Below, in pieces: positions 27,734 through 36,858 of a stretch of 64,000 nt of DNA. The stretch's first letter is position 1, and the number at the start of each line of letters is the position of its first letter. The notes below the pieces were generated by a model. It did no database searches. It had not been told where the DNA came from and saw only the letters and a program-made list of their open reading frames with translations. The position numbers and the translations under genes were made by a program. The stretch comes from Candidatus Aenigmatarchaeota archaeon (lineage in GTDB: Archaea > Aenigmatarchaeota > Aenigmatarchaeia > Aenigmatarchaeales > Aenigmatarchaeaceae), in NCBI GenBank assembly GCA_043802485.1, contig JAZDKZ010000006.1:64001-128000 (forward strand), written 5' to 3'.

Positions 27734-29359
27734 GTGAAAATAAAAAACAAACTCCTCATAGGGATTATACTCTCAATTACATTTGTTGTTATAGTGTCAT
27801 CTGTAATGTTCCTGTCTAATAAAGAAATAAATAAAAAAAATAAAGAACACCAAGCGACAGATGATATACGTCTGGCTGTATCAGAGCTCGATATAATCAT
27901 GTACGAGTATCTATTGTATCACGAAGAGAGGATGATACAGCAATGGAATTCTAAATATGATTCAACAGCGAAGACTCTGGCAGAATTAGAAGAGTTAACT
28001 GTAGAAGAATCAGAAGAAGAATTAATAACATCAATACGCGATGATTATACCGTTTTTGGTGCTTTATTTTCGCAAGTAACTGCAGCTCATGACAAAAGAC
28101 AGACACTCATTCAAGAAGGAGCTTCTCAAGAAGAGATCGATGAGACTGCTCGTTTAGAAGAAATAATGGTTGCCCAGATGTTAACGAGAGCACAAAGAAT
28201 AATCACTAGTACCACCTTTCTTTCTGACATTTCGCACAAGAGTACGATTAGAATTCAGTCACAAAACAACGACTTGATTTCATTTTTTAGGACTATTCTT
28301 GTTATCTCTATAACGTTTACATTGGTCCTTGTTGGCAGAAGCATCTCAAAACCCCTTGATAAACTAGTAAAGGGGGCAGAAAAAATCGGCAAAGGAAATT
28401 TCGAATATAGAATTGATGTCAAATCAAAGGATGAGATGGGAGAACTCGGTTCAGCTTTCAACAGGATGGCTGCTGATTTGAAAAAATCAAGAGATAAGAC
28501 TGAGAGATACGGTGGAAGTCTTGAAAAAAAGGTTGCTGAATTGACAAAAACTAAGACTGCTATGCTAAATATGACGGAGGATTTGGACAGCACTAACAAA
28601 AAGCTTTTAGAAACCCAGAAAGCTTTGAAAAAGAACTTTAGGTCTCTGGAAAGCTTGGACAAGGAAAAGGACGCTTTCATATCAATATCGGCGCATGAAT
28701 TAAAGACCCCGATAACTGCGATACATGGTTTTGCTCAGCTTTTGGAGAATGAAGACGTGATTAAGAATCCTGAGATGAGAAAAAAATATTTGAAAATAAT
28801 AGACCAAGAAACAAAGCGTCTGGGAAATCTGGTAACGGAAATACTTGATCTTTCTAGGATAGACCTAAATACGGTCAGGTTCACCAAAGAAAACATAAAT
28901 CTCTATGAAGTTCTGGAAAGTATAAAAGAGGAGGAAGAAACAAAAATAAAGAGTAAGGACCTTAAAATAATTCTTGATTTGCAAAAAGACCTGCCTATTA
29001 TCTATACTGACAAAGAAAAAGTCACACAGGTATTAATAAACCTAATAGACAACGCTATGAAATACACTCCAAAGGGGGCTATAACAGTCAAAGTGATTAG
29101 GAAAGGGGATGGCATTCAGGTTTCAGTGTCTGATACAGGCTTGGGCATACCAAAGGAAAGTTTCAAAAAAATATTTACCAGATTCTATCAAGTCGACTCT
29201 TCCTACACAAGGAAAGTTGGCGGTTCGGGGTTGGGCCTTTCCATCTGCAAGGAGTTTATCAATGCGCTTGGTGGTAGGATATGGTTTGAAAGCAAGGTTG
29301 GAAAGGGCAGCACGTTCTATTTTACTTTACCGATAAGAACAAGACGTAAAAAATTATGA
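27734..29359 (+). CDS. membrane sensor histidine kinase (2 TM, HAMP, HisKA, HATPase)
   Basis: SKDEMGELG HAMP; AHELKTP H-box; NLIDNAMKY, DTGLG and GGSGLGL boxes. Confidence 0.96.
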   Translation: MKIKNKLLIGIILSITFVVIVSSVMFLSNKEINKKNKEHQATDDIRLAVSELDIIMYEYLLYHEERMIQQWNSKYDSTAKTLAELEELTVEESEEELITSIRDDYTVFGALFSQVTAAHDKRQTLIQEGASQEEIDETARLEEIMVAQMLTRAQRIITSTTFLSDISHKSTIRIQSQNNDLISFFRTILVISITFTLVLVGRSISKPLDKLVKGAEKIGKGNFEYRIDVKSKDEMGELGSAFNRMAADLKKSRDKTERYGGSLEKKVAELTKTKTAMLNMTEDLDSTNKKLLETQKALKKNFRSLESLDKEKDAFISISAHELKTPITAIHGFAQLLENEDVIKNPEMRKKYLKIIDQETKRLGNLVTEILDLSRIDLNTVRFTKENINLYEVLESIKEEEETKIKSKDLKIILDLQKDLPIIYTDKEKVTQVLINLIDNAMKYTPKGAITVKVIRKGDGIQVSVSDTGLGIPKESFKKIFTRFYQVDSSYTRKVGGSGLGLSICKEFINALGGRIWFESKVGKGSTFYFTLPIRTRRKKL

Positions 29360-29575
29360 AGCGAGTTTAATCTTATATTTTTTGTAAATCGGCGTAAATT
29401 TAGCTTTAGCCGTCTCCTCTCCCGTCAGTCTTGATAAGAAGAATGTGCACTCATCTAGGAAATCTTTTGGATATTTCTCTGGGTCTTCAAAGGAGTCTAG
29501 CTGCTTGGCTACCATTTCTCCCAACAGCTCTCCTATAACTTTTTTCGCATCATTTTTCAAAGTCAAGACATGCAC
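29354..29575 (-). CDS. small helical hypothetical protein
   Basis: 73-aa ORF, last of a tightly packed minus-strand group. Confidence 0.6.
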   Translation of the reverse strand: MHVLTLKNDAKKVIGELLGEMVAKQLDSFEDPEKYPKDFLDECTFFLSRLTGEETAKAKFTPIYKKYKIKLAS

Positions 29576-29579
29576 CTTA

Positions 29580-29918
29580 TCATCCCTTTATGTACTCCAA
29601 GTACCTTTTCTGGAGCATGAAGCAGCCAATGAAAAATATTATGGACCCTATTGAACATAGGACTAGTATATGTATAGAACCGTAAAGTGTTTTCGGAAAG
29701 CCGCCGTGTATACCAGAAAGACAAACAATTTCCCCCGTTTGATGAAGTATTGCGAACAAGAACATTCCAGAACCTATCATAAACGCGTATTTTTTGAACT
29801 TTTCTCCGCCAAAAAATTTTAGAAATCCTATTAACATAACAGTTCCGATTATCAAGAAAAAAGCGCTATATACTTCAGCACCAAGTATTTCCCAGTGCGC
29901 AAGAGTCTCAATCACCAT
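29580..29918 (-). CDS. small His-containing membrane protein
   Basis: Three hydrophobic segments, FAILHQ; resembles 29908-30240. Confidence 0.7.
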   Translation of the reverse strand: MVIETLAHWEILGAEVYSAFFLIIGTVMLIGFLKFFGGEKFKKYAFMIGSGMFLFAILHQTGEIVCLSGIHGGFPKTLYGSIHILVLCSIGSIIFFIGCFMLQKRYLEYIKG

Positions 29919-30240
29919 CCTTTTTTCTCCTTAAGGACAAAAGACTCGTAATCTCTTTTTTTAGAAGAACGGCTGCGGCAAAATACGACGTAGTCAGCAA
30001 GACTGAGATAATCAAGAACTGCATTTCGAAATTTTGTAAATCATACAATCCGTGTATTACTTCAAGGCCTTCGTGAAAAATAGCAAAAGAGATTATAACA
30101 ACGCACATGAAAATCGAATAGATTTTGGATTTTTTCGAGCCGAATTTTAAGAAGAATCTTATAAGGAAAACCGCACCAAGAGTAAGGAAGAGCATGCTTA
30201 TCGCATCTGCCAAAACCATCTCCAAAGGAACATATGTCAT
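29908..30240 (-). CDS. small His-containing membrane protein
   Basis: Three hydrophobic segments, FAIFHE. Confidence 0.7.
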   Translation of the reverse strand: MTYVPLEMVLADAISMLFLTLGAVFLIRFFLKFGSKKSKIYSIFMCVVIISFAIFHEGLEVIHGLYDLQNFEMQFLIISVLLTTSYFAAAVLLKKEITSLLSLRRKKDGD

Positions 30241-30701
30241 TCGTACATCTCCGTCAACGCGCCGACAATGGCATAACTCAGCACCGAGTACAGTATGAGC
30301 GACTCTCCAATGCCCACAAAAGGCATTACAGAGCCTGTCATGCTTGGATTAAGGCCTGCCAAAGAAAATCCTGCCGTAGTGAGCAAATGGCCCAATAGTC
30401 CCATTCCGACTGTTATCTCGCCAAGACCCCATCTTATGTTAAGCTTCTCTACTCTGTTTTTTATCCTCAAATCATAGAGCAAAAAAAGCAGTAGAAAGGA
30501 TATGCAGAGACTATGAACATGCGCTACCTTTAAAAATGAAGGTATCTCTTCACCGCTTGACAGCATCTCAGCCATTTTGAGCCCTATCCAGAGCGCATAA
30601 ACTACCATAAAATATATTGTGTACAGATACACCTTTCTGATGGAACTTTTCCAGCCATTTATGGAGCCAGTGTCTTCTGGTTTATCTGGCATTTTTTTCA
30701 T
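30237..30701 (-). CDS. four-TM membrane protein with AHVH motif
   Basis: Hydrophobic segments, LKVAHVHSLC. Confidence 0.7.
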   Translation of the reverse strand: MKKMPDKPEDTGSINGWKSSIRKVYLYTIYFMVVYALWIGLKMAEMLSSGEEIPSFLKVAHVHSLCISFLLLFLLYDLRIKNRVEKLNIRWGLGEITVGMGLLGHLLTTAGFSLAGLNPSMTGSVMPFVGIGESLILYSVLSYAIVGALTEMYE

Positions 30702-30801
30702 AAAAAGTATTTGTCAAGGCCGTACTTAAAAGATAGTTTTTATATGCTCGCAAGTAACAAATTATTTTATATATTCGCTTGAATAACAATTAAGTGTTTT
30801 A

Positions 30802-31170
30802 ATGGCCAAGAAAATAATGGTTGTGGACGACGAGATAAACATAGCAGAACTTGTCAAAGCTATACTTGAGCATGAAGGGTTCGAGGTTATAGGACTGAAT
30901 AACGGACAAGCGTGCTTGGAGAAATTGAAAACAGTCAAACCGGACCTGATACTCATGGACATGATGATGCCTAGGATGAGCGGACGAGAAACAACAGAAA
31001 AAATAAGGGCCAACCCAAAAACCAAGAACATCAAAGTTGCATTTCTAACCGTGGCAAGGTTCTCTGAAGTGGGCAAGGGTAAGCTAAGGGATTTGAACGT
31101 CTCGGATTACATCACAAAGCCTTTTGATAATAACGACTTGATAGAGCGCGTGAAGAAGGTTGTCGGCTAA
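30802..31170 (+). CDS. stand-alone response regulator receiver (CheY-like)
   Basis: VVDDE, LMDMMMPRMSG, LT, ITKPF. Confidence 0.95.
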   Translation: MAKKIMVVDDEINIAELVKAILEHEGFEVIGLNNGQACLEKLKTVKPDLILMDMMMPRMSGRETTEKIRANPKTKNIKVAFLTVARFSEVGKGKLRDLNVSDYITKPFDNNDLIERVKKVVG

Positions 31171-31706
31171 TCAAGATCCATTGTTTTGTCTGCAAACATT
31201 TTCAAGTCATTGATTAATTCTCTATTTTCTTTTTCTGGAACACTGTCACTTTTCAGAGCAATGAAAATTTTTTTGACATCTTCATTCTTGTTAGTTAAGC
31301 CATGAGTAAATTGAAGTACAGAGAAGCTTTCTTGATATATCAATAAAGCAGATATTGTGTCAAAAAGCAAGACGTTGCATTTTTGCTTTTTGATTACATT
31401 CTCTATTGCCCGCTTGATCATTTTTATGTTGTTTGGTGAGCTGACAAACGTACAATTCCTATGCGATTTTAATTTTTCATAATGGCTGCTTAGAACATCA
31501 ACAAAGAAGAAGAATTTTGTATTTATTTTGTTTTTCCTCAATTCGTTCAAGACATCTTTATATGGCCTGCTTAGGCACACATAGCATATCTTGCTCTTTG
31601 ATTTCTCTACAGATAGGACTATCTTGTTTAGCTGATTCATGTATTGTGCTTCGCTTAGCAAAATAAGTAAGAACTTGTTCTGGGTTGTTTCTTTTATAAT
31701 ATTCAC
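31167..31706 (-). CDS. inactive KaiC/RecA-fold protein
   Basis: CYVCLSRPY, FFVDVLS, LLFDTISALL..Q, FAD; no Walker A. Confidence 0.65.
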   Translation of the reverse strand: MNIIKETTQNKFLLILLSEAQYMNQLNKIVLSVEKSKSKICYVCLSRPYKDVLNELRKNKINTKFFFFVDVLSSHYEKLKSHRNCTFVSSPNNIKMIKRAIENVIKKQKCNVLLFDTISALLIYQESFSVLQFTHGLTNKNEDVKKIFIALKSDSVPEKENRELINDLKMFADKTMDLD

Positions 31707-31751
31707 TTAAGACAACTCCTTTTAAATATTACAATTAAGCTAGTATAAACA

Positions 31752-31787
31752 TATATGTTTAAACATATAGAATTATGTTTAAACATA
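31752..31787. promoter_or_regulatory. two tandem palindromic operator-like sites between divergent genes
   Basis: TATATGTTTAAACATATA (31752-31769) and TATGTTTAAACATA (31774-31787), centres 20 bp apart. Confidence 0.6.
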
Positions 31788-31825
31788 TAAGTAATATATA
31801 TAAATATAGAAAATAATAGTTTAAT

Positions 31826-31945
31826 ATGTCAATTCTCCATTACGGTAACACTACAAAAAACGGAGAGACACTGAACAGATCAAAGAATCATCTTTCTGAA
31901 AAAAACAACGAACTAAACGGGGCTATCGAATTTGTCGGGTATTGA
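31826..31945 (+). CDS. 39-aa candidate RiPP precursor (MSILHYGNTTKNGETLNRSKNHLSEKNNELNGAIEFVGY)
   Basis: ATG after an AT-rich promoter region; TGA overlaps the UbiA ATG (TGATG); C-terminal ExxxY; absent from ORF track. Confidence 0.65.
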   Translation: MSILHYGNTTKNGETLNRSKNHLSEKNNELNGAIEFVGY

Positions 31946-32742
31946 TGATGAAAGATATAACCAGAAACTTGGTAGGCTTTATAAGACTTAAAGTCTGCAT
32001 TTTCATAAGTACGATAGGAATTATCGGGTTTCTTCTTTTCAACAATATTGGTGTTAAGCTGTTATTTGTCTTTTTGGCGTCGTTCCTGATATCCGCTGGC
32101 TCCTATTCCTTGAACAACCTGACAGACACTAAGGAAGACATGATAAACAGAAAAAAAATCAATCCCTTTGTTCTTGGTAAGAGGGGCTTTATACTGGTTT
32201 CTCTCCTTTTTCTTTCTGGACTGTTTTTTTCAATGTTTCTGTCTTTTTATTCAATCGTATTTTCTTTGATAGGAATTCTGACGAGTATACACTATTCCTA
32301 CTTTAAGCTCAAGAAATATTTTTTGGTGAAAAATCTTTACACCGGTTTTGGAATCAGCATAGTGTTTTTGGTCGGCACCAGCAAAATAGGTCTCGACGTT
32401 TTGTACTATTACTTTCTAATCCTGTTTTTCATTGTGATTATGAGTATGATTTCTGATCTTAGAGACTATGTTGGAGACAAGGCGATTGGTTTCAAAACTC
32501 TCCCAGTTTTTTTGGGATACAGCAGAGCATTGAAAATAGTATCTGCGTTGATAAGCATATTTTCGTCGTCTCTTCTCCTTTTTAGTCGCATTATAATCCT
32601 TCTGCCTTTTTCTCTGGCAATAATGTATTCCCTTTACAAGAACAAACCTTTGGTTTCGCATACTTTGGGTTTGTATTCCTTTATTTTTCTAATGTTTTGG
32701 TTAGTTCTAGGAAGTGTGTTTAATGTGTATGGTTACGTTTGA
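31945..32742 (+). CDS. UbiA family prenyltransferase
   Basis: NNLTDTKEDMIN and SDLRDYVGDKAIG.KT Asp-rich motifs, multi-TM. Confidence 0.9.
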   Translation: MMKDITRNLVGFIRLKVCIFISTIGIIGFLLFNNIGVKLLFVFLASFLISAGSYSLNNLTDTKEDMINRKKINPFVLGKRGFILVSLLFLSGLFFSMFLSFYSIVFSLIGILTSIHYSYFKLKKYFLVKNLYTGFGISIVFLVGTSKIGLDVLYYYFLILFFIVIMSMISDLRDYVGDKAIGFKTLPVFLGYSRALKIVSALISIFSSSLLLFSRIIILLPFSLAIMYSLYKNKPLVSHTLGLYSFIFLMFWLVLGSVFNVYGYV

Positions 32743-33772
32743 GTGGGACAATTGTGACGCAAGGGAGAAGGTAAGAAAATTTGAAATGACAAATTCTCTA
32801 AGCTGGGTAGTTTTGGAGCTTACAAGCCTTTGTAATTTTAACTGTGTTTGGTGTTACGCTAATTCGAATACTCATGGTAGTCATATGAGTAAGAAAGATT
32901 CAAAAAGAATCATTCGTTTGCTAGCCGACAATGAAATAAGACAGATCACTTATTCAGGGGGAGAACCTTTGATGTACCCTTACATCAAGGATGTTGTGAG
33001 AGAAGCCCATGAGTATGGTATGGTTGTTCACATGAATACAAACGGCTACTTTCTAACAAAAAAGATTGCCGAGGAGTTGCGAAGACTTGGTCTATCTCAA
33101 GTTCAGATAGACATTGATAGCCTAAAATCTGAAACACATGACAGAATACGAGGTAAAAGCAACTCTTTCTATAGGGCGGTTAACGCATTAAAAAATGCGA
33201 AAGAGGTTGGTATAACATGTGTTTGTCAAACAGTATTGACCAAAGTCAATGAAAAGGAAGTTTTAGACATATTCAAATTTGCCCGCAGTTTAGGAATACA
33301 GCGTTGCAGGGTTTCTGACATGACTCACGAAGGCCGCGCGACAGAAAAGTCGGATATGAGACCGACTGATTATATGAAAACTCTTCAGAGTCTTTCTGGA
33401 TTTTCACACAATACAGGTGTAAAAAGCATAGAATGTGGTGATCCTATATTTCCTTTGAACTATAAAGATGAGACTGAGATTACGGGAGGTTTTTGTCCTG
33501 CAACAAAAGGCATGTTTACTCTTATTTCTAATCATGGCGGTGTTTATTTTTGTGGCGTATACAGAAAATTACTATACAATGTTTTTAATCTCATAGAACA
33601 TGGAGAAAATTTGAAAGAATTTCACAAGATGAGACTCGAAAAGTTCTTAGAAAGCAATATTCCTTCCAAGTGCGGAGGCTGTAGGCATTACAAAATTTGC
33701 CGTGGCGGCTGTCCTGCCAGACGGGATTGCGAGAAAGATATCGTTGATTACTGGTGCAATAACTTTAATTAA
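32714..33772 (+). CDS. radical SAM/SPASM domain protein (PqqE/MftC-like architecture)
   Basis: CNFNCVWC, SGGEPL, TNG, SPASM cysteines C..G......C and CGGCRHYKICRGGC. Confidence 0.93.
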   Translation: MCLMCMVTFEWDNCDAREKVRKFEMTNSLSWVVLELTSLCNFNCVWCYANSNTHGSHMSKKDSKRIIRLLADNEIRQITYSGGEPLMYPYIKDVVREAHEYGMVVHMNTNGYFLTKKIAEELRRLGLSQVQIDIDSLKSETHDRIRGKSNSFYRAVNALKNAKEVGITCVCQTVLTKVNEKEVLDIFKFARSLGIQRCRVSDMTHEGRATEKSDMRPTDYMKTLQSLSGFSHNTGVKSIECGDPIFPLNYKDETEITGGFCPATKGMFTLISNHGGVYFCGVYRKLLYNVFNLIEHGENLKEFHKMRLEKFLESNIPSKCGGCRHYKICRGGCPARRDCEKDIVDYWCNNFN

Positions 33773-34787
33773 AATAAGTTATTACCAGTTTACCATGCTT
33801 GCATTTCTTATCATTTATTCTGAATTTTTTATCAATAAGCCACAGATAACCTAAAATCACTTCTGCTAAAAAATCCCAGTTATCTTCTTCTATCTGCATT
33901 CCATGCGGCAGGTTACTTATTTCGAATAAAATTCTATTTTTTTTGTTTATTATATTCACGACGCCCCAACCCATAGAATGGAGTAAGGTTTTAATCATAT
34001 TGAGTTTCTTGTCGCATGATGATTTTTTTATTATAATCTGTCTGAAGAAATCGTAAGATATTTTCGGTACTTTGTCCAAGAGTATTTTTCTATTGCCTAG
34101 TATATGAAATCCGGTATTTTCCACATACCACAAGTCCTTTCCTCTGAAAAGGATTCTATTTGAATCCCCCTTTAGCTGAAATATGCCAGACTCCAGGACA
34201 CTTTTCAATGTTATTCCCTTCGATCCAGAAGAGAGATTTAGTCTGTCATACTGCTCTTTTTTCTTTGATGGTAGAGGTGAGAATTTTTTATCTAGCAATT
34301 CGTAGAAATACCTGCAGCTTTTTCTCGTCTGTATTTTTTTACTACAAAACACTTGAGAACTGAATAAAACATTTAGTATGCCTGCATAAAAACCTGTCAG
34401 ACACTCATTCTTTCCTATTAGCCTTGTTACAGTCTCTTCTCTTGTCTCTATTAGAATCTTGTTGTTTTTTTTGATAGCGTGCAGGTCTGAAAGCAGACCC
34501 AGATTTATCCAAACCTTTTTCATTATATTATTCAGAAAGAATATCGGAGTTCTTTTGAAAATGTTAGGAACCATTCTGTCCATAACAAGATTCATCCATT
34601 TCTGCCCAATCTCGGCTATTTCAGCTTCATGACCAGAATTTTCGCATAATTTTACATAATTTGCTATAATCTCTTCAAAAATTAAGACGTTTCTTCTACT
34701 TTTTATTTTGAATCTGTTTGTAATCCATCCAGTATTAGTCTGTATTAGATTTTTTCTTATAGAAACGGATAGCCTCATATCAAACAA
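33765..34787 (-). CDS. tandem V4R-like domain protein
   Basis: CLTGFYAGILNVLF...C.Y and LHSMGWG patterns; directly behind a KaiC ATPase. Confidence 0.55.
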   Translation of the reverse strand: MFDMRLSVSIRKNLIQTNTGWITNRFKIKSRRNVLIFEEIIANYVKLCENSGHEAEIAEIGQKWMNLVMDRMVPNIFKRTPIFFLNNIMKKVWINLGLLSDLHAIKKNNKILIETREETVTRLIGKNECLTGFYAGILNVLFSSQVFCSKKIQTRKSCRYFYELLDKKFSPLPSKKKEQYDRLNLSSGSKGITLKSVLESGIFQLKGDSNRILFRGKDLWYVENTGFHILGNRKILLDKVPKISYDFFRQIIIKKSSCDKKLNMIKTLLHSMGWGVVNIINKKNRILFEISNLPHGMQIEEDNWDFLAEVILGYLWLIDKKFRINDKKCKHGKLVITYFN

Positions 34788-35454
34788 TCTTGGCGGTCGA
34801 TAATTTTAAGCCTTTTTTGTTGATGAACAATTCGTGATTCACTCTCGGGTCAAAAGACGTATAACGAAGTTTGCAAATCTCCAGCGTCCTTTTGGGTTTC
34901 TCCTCAAGGTCCAGGAAGGATATGTGCAAGACGCCGTCGACCTCGAACGACTCGCTGTTCCCGCTATCAATGTCTTCTCCAACAGTCTCGCAAATGAGCA
35001 GGCTGCATTTAGATTTCTCCTTCAGATACTTTATTATGTCCGACAATTTTATCCTGTATTCCTTCTTGTTCTTGGCGTGCATGAGAATCTTGTTGACGTT
35101 GTCTATGACAAGCCTGTCCACTTTGGGATATTCCAGGAAAAGCTTTGCCAGCTGCTCTAGGTTTATTTTCTCGCCCAGGGGCAGGCATTCTATGAGCAGG
35201 TTCTTGTCTATGTAATTTTTCGCTTTTTTAAGGCTGGTTATGCTTTCGCATGCTCTTAGTAGCTCTTCCTTGCTCTCTGAAACAGAAAGATAATAGCACC
35301 TTTCTCCCTTTGCAGCGCCCTCGACTAAGAAGTTTAAACCTATCAAAGTTTTTCCTGTGCCAGGGCCACCGGAAAGAAGAATAACAGTTCTAGAGGGAAA
35401 CCCACCTTCTGTCAACTTATCCAGTCTTGGCAAACCTGTTGTTATTCTCATCAT
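34780..35454 (-). CDS. KaiC/RAD55-like ATPase
   Basis: RITTGLPRLD..TEGGFP, GGPGTGKT, LVID, VDG, KLR. Confidence 0.92.
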   Translation of the reverse strand: MMRITTGLPRLDKLTEGGFPSRTVILLSGGPGTGKTLIGLNFLVEGAAKGERCYYLSVSESKEELLRACESITSLKKAKNYIDKNLLIECLPLGEKINLEQLAKLFLEYPKVDRLVIDNVNKILMHAKNKKEYRIKLSDIIKYLKEKSKCSLLICETVGEDIDSGNSESFEVDGVLHISFLDLEEKPKRTLEICKLRYTSFDPRVNHELFINKKGLKLSTAKIV

Positions 35455-35777
35455 TCATCACCAAATACAGGCTTTCCTATCGTTGATTCCTGTAGTTTTA
35501 TTAAAAGAAACTTTTCATCGCCCAAGTCAAAGACTTGTGACGGCGCCTTTTTTATAAGACTTATGTCATGCCTTTTCAGTATCTTGTTGGGCAGCATTAT
35601 TCTGTTGCTGTTGCCTAGCTTTCCGGTTGTAAGCGACTCGCTCAATATGCTCATCTCAGTGGGCAACAACAGGAGCTTTTTAGTGGACTGCTTCAAAAGA
35701 CCATACTCTTTTTTCGTCAGCTCAAGCTTAACAAGAATCTTGTCGTTTTTCATATCCATGGAGTCTATATTTGCCAT
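35451..35777 (-). CDS. AbrB/MazE-like DNA-binding protein
   Basis: TGKLGNSNRIMLPNKIL resembles the swapped-hairpin signature. Confidence 0.55.
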   Translation of the reverse strand: MANIDSMDMKNDKILVKLELTKKEYGLLKQSTKKLLLLPTEMSILSESLTTGKLGNSNRIMLPNKILKRHDISLIKKAPSQVFDLGDEKFLLIKLQESTIGKPVFGDE

Positions 35778-35870
35778 AGTTTATATATTTGGAAGATATA
35801 TTTAAATAAAATGTATTGTTTGTTAACATTTTAATAATAGATGATTTATTGTATTATTATGCTGATGACT

Positions 35871-36242
35871 ATGGCCAAGAAAATAATGGTTGTGGACGAC
35901 GACGAGATTATGATAAACCTCGTGAAAGATGTTTTGGAGCAAGGTGGGTTCGAGGTCATTGACGTAAACAACGGGCAAGCGTGCTTGGAGAAATTGAAAA
36001 CAGTCAAACCGGACCTGATACTCATGGACATGATGATGCCAAGGATGAGCGGACGAGATACGGTAGACAAGATAAGAAAAAACCCACATACCATGGACTT
36101 GAAGATAGCGTTTCTAACGGTGGTCAGATTCACTGACTTGGGAAAAGATACCTTGAAAGACCTAAACATTTCAGACTATATAACAAAGCCGTTCAACAAC
36201 AACGACCTTATCGCGAGAGTAAAAAAAATTGTAGGACAATAA
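35871..36242 (+). CDS. stand-alone response regulator receiver (paralog of 30802-31170)
   Basis: VVDDD, LMDMMMPRMSG, ITKPF; 65-bp stretch identical to the first copy. Confidence 0.95.
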   Translation: MAKKIMVVDDDEIMINLVKDVLEQGGFEVIDVNNGQACLEKLKTVKPDLILMDMMMPRMSGRDTVDKIRKNPHTMDLKIAFLTVVRFTDLGKDTLKDLNISDYITKPFNNNDLIARVKKIVGQ

Positions 36243-36243
36243 A

Positions 36244-36858
36244 ATGTTACAGGAATATAAAATCCAATTATTGAGGACTTTCTGGGAGAGCTGTGTCGAG
36301 GATGCGATAAAGGCACTCTCCATAATGATTAAGAGTGATGTGAAGAAAACTAGAACCATCATAAAAGTAAGCAACTTGAAGGAAATACCGAAGATGATGA
36401 ACCCCGAAGAGATAACCACAACCCTTGTCTATACAAAGGTTCCTGAGCAGATAAAATTCGTGATCATGTTCTCCTCGTCGCTTAGGGGCTTCCTGAACCT
36501 CATAAACATGCTGCTGAACAAAAAGATTGACTATTATACCGCGCTGAACGAGGACAACGAACCGGTTATGGTGGAGTTTGGCAACATAATAAACGGCTAT
36601 TTTGTCTCTTCCCTTGACAGGGTGTTCGGCAAGGATTTGAACTACCAGGATGCCGTGATATCGACCAATCCCTTCAGGGCCGTGGAGGATTTCGGAATGG
36701 GCAACATATACAAGGAAAAGGTCAAGGTCCTCGTCTTCAGGACAGACTTTAGTGTAAAGAACGAAAACGTAGAGGGCAAGATGTTCCTGTTGGCTGAAGA
36801 GAAAAAACTGGATGTCCTTTTAGAGGAGATAAGCAGGAACATACGTTTTAAAGCTTAG
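36244..36858 (+). CDS. CheC-like aspartyl-phosphate phosphatase
   Basis: A..ALS.MI and VEFGNIING (ExxN) motifs; directly after a receiver gene. Confidence 0.75.
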   Translation: MLQEYKIQLLRTFWESCVEDAIKALSIMIKSDVKKTRTIIKVSNLKEIPKMMNPEEITTTLVYTKVPEQIKFVIMFSSSLRGFLNLINMLLNKKIDYYTALNEDNEPVMVEFGNIINGYFVSSLDRVFGKDLNYQDAVISTNPFRAVEDFGMGNIYKEKVKVLVFRTDFSVKNENVEGKMFLLAEEKKLDVLLEEISRNIRFKA

